Assembly (NCBI GenBank): GCA_902761495.1
Contig: CACWKL010000001.1
Span: 1 to 58,053, forward strand
Length of the DNA: 58,053 nucleotides
Reading direction: 5' to 3'
Origin: an uncultured Pseudomonadota bacterium
GTDB taxonomy: Bacteria; Pseudomonadota; Alphaproteobacteria; UBA3830
In this document: positions 56,837-58,053 of the stretch, one piece after another
Layout: each line of letters opens with the position of its first letter
How positions within the stretch are numbered: position 1 is the first letter of the stretch
The notes under the pieces: generated by a model
Seen by the model: only the letters and a program-made list of their open reading frames with translations
What the model was told of the DNA's origin: nothing
Databases searched by the model: none
Translations under genes and position numbers: made by a program

Positions 56837-58053
56837 AACCTATCTCAAAATAGAGCGAGCATTCTTGTATCTTTCTCATAGCATGTATTATTAGCTAAAA
56901 TGCATGTGGAAGAGCAAGGTGAAGATGCTGTTCCGCTTGAATCACTTGAGAATTCGTAGCGAAGATTTATCTCCCTTGCTCAAATTTGTTAAACCGAACG
57001 GTATCTTGCGACCTCATTTTTGAGCGATCGCGTATTATACAAGACTGGTTCAACAGATTTATTTTAACTAACGGAGGTTAATTATGCAAAGTGTTATCGG
57101 GGTCGATGTATCGAAAGAAAAACTTGATGTTTGCGCTCTTTTTGATGGGAAAATTTGCAAAAATATCGTTGATAATTCAGTATCTGGATTTAAGTCTCTT
57201 CTTTCCTGGATTTCTAAAAACAATATCAGCAATCCTCTCGTTTGTATGGAAGCATTTTTACGATGCTGCTGCGTTTTTTTATGAGCAAGGTTTGAGTATA
57301 AGAATCGTAAATCCAATTCAGATAAAAAAATTCCGTGAATGTAAGTTGGTTCGTCAAAAGACCGATTCTGTCGATGCTGAACTTATTGCCGAATTTTGTT
57401 TAAAACATGAATCTACCCCTTGGAAGCCGAGATCTCCTGATCAACAAGCGATACATGATACTAATCGTCGAATCTCTGCGTTAAAGCAAGAGTTAAATCG
57501 TGTATCTAATTCTCTGGAAAATAAAAATTTGAACTCTTTTATCGTTGAATCCATTGATGAAGAAATATGTTTCCTAAAAAAACAGATAAAACAACTCGAA
57601 AACTTTTCTCGAAAAATAATTAACTCTAACCAAAAATTGAAAGAACAATTTGATCAAATTACTGAAATTAAAGGCGTTGGCGAGAAATTAGCTCTCGTTA
57701 TAATTGCAGATATGCCGGATGTTTCAAACTTCAAAAAAGCTGGACAATTTTCAGCTTTTGCCGGCGTCACTCCGTCGCATTTTCAATCAGGATCTTCTGT
57801 TCACGGAAAATCTCATATTTCGAGACTCGGTTCCAGATCCATCAGAAAAGTCCTCTACATGAGTGCTTTAGTTGTAAAAAATCATAACCCTCATTTCCAG
57901 AAATTCGTTCGAAAATTGCAGAAAAAAGGCAAAGCCCCGAAAGTTATTATCGTGGCTATCATGCGAAAATTAATGTCTATTCTGTTCGGTATGCTCAAAA
58001 ATTCTTCCAATTTTGATCCTAAATTAGCTTTTCACGATTGACTTAAAAGACGG
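56837..58053 (+). mobile_element. IS110-family insertion sequence (ends not determinable; right end probably beyond the window)
   Basis: Contains the IS110-type transposase reading frames at 57084-58041. The left boundary must lie somewhere in 56837-57083. Only 12 nt follow the stop codon. Confidence 0.6.
57084..58041 (+). pseudogene. IS110-family (DEDD/RuvC-like plus Tnp_20 domain) transposase, interrupted by a frameshift
   Basis: Frame A (57084-57284) gives MQSVIGVDVSKEKLDVCA...VCMEA, then runs into a stop. Frame B continues FYDAAAFFYEQGLSIRIVNP...KTDSVDAELIA...IKGVGEKLA...QSGSS...RKLMSILFGMLK to 58041. The frames switch around the T5 run at 57255-57259. GGAGG RBS at 57073-57077. Confidence 0.8.

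Noticed and set aside
57252-57262. Programmed ribosomal frameshift in the IS transposase
   Set aside because: IS110-family transposases are normally single ORFs. Programmed -1 frameshifting is a feature of the IS1 and IS3 families. There is no A-AAA-AAG-type slippery heptamer or downstream structure, and the required shift is +1.

Overview
This is an AT-rich, densely coding bacterial chromosome segment (standard genetic code, about 60 genes). It reads as an alphaproteobacterium with a host-associated or intracellular lifestyle. That taxonomic call is inference from lineage markers: MipZ, HdaA, a Tim44-like protein, a DUF1013/TrcR-like protein and dapA-smpB synteny. Eukaryote-like repeat proteins and gene decay support the lifestyle call.

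Housekeeping content: MsbA-like ABC exporter, ftsB, kdsA, secG, a small 2x[4Fe-4S] ferredoxin missing from the ORF track, RNase P RNA, hdaA, pgsA, ndk, holC-pepA, HU, grpE, mgtE, cca, rplU-rpmA, PMM/PGM-dnaG-rpoD, tRNA-Pro(CGG), an RND efflux pair, ldcA-like, dapA, smpB, pnp-rpsO-truB, trmL, lysC, mipZ, potBC-like permeases and a XerC/D recombinase.

Accessory content:
- an orphan secreted protein built from 19-aa/57-bp tandem repeats
- an ankyrin gene relic and an intact secreted ankyrin protein
- two tandem beta-barrel OMP paralogs
- two different leucine-rich-repeat proteins (RNI-like and SDS22-like)
- an orphan 462-aa secreted protein
- an ABC importer whose full-length ATPase has lost most catalytic motifs
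- a frameshifted IS110-family transposase at the right edge

The most system-like unexplained locus is 43.4-47.8 kb. It is a tightly overlapping four-gene operon: a PilB/GspE-like ATPase that lacks the Zn-binding tetracysteine module, a PilC/GspF platform protein, and two AT-rich orphan bitopic membrane proteins. The architectures of the two orphans look like fused PilM-N/GspL and PilO-P/GspM-C modules. No pilin, prepilin peptidase or secretin is in the window. All functional calls rest on motif and architecture recognition by eye; no database search was run.
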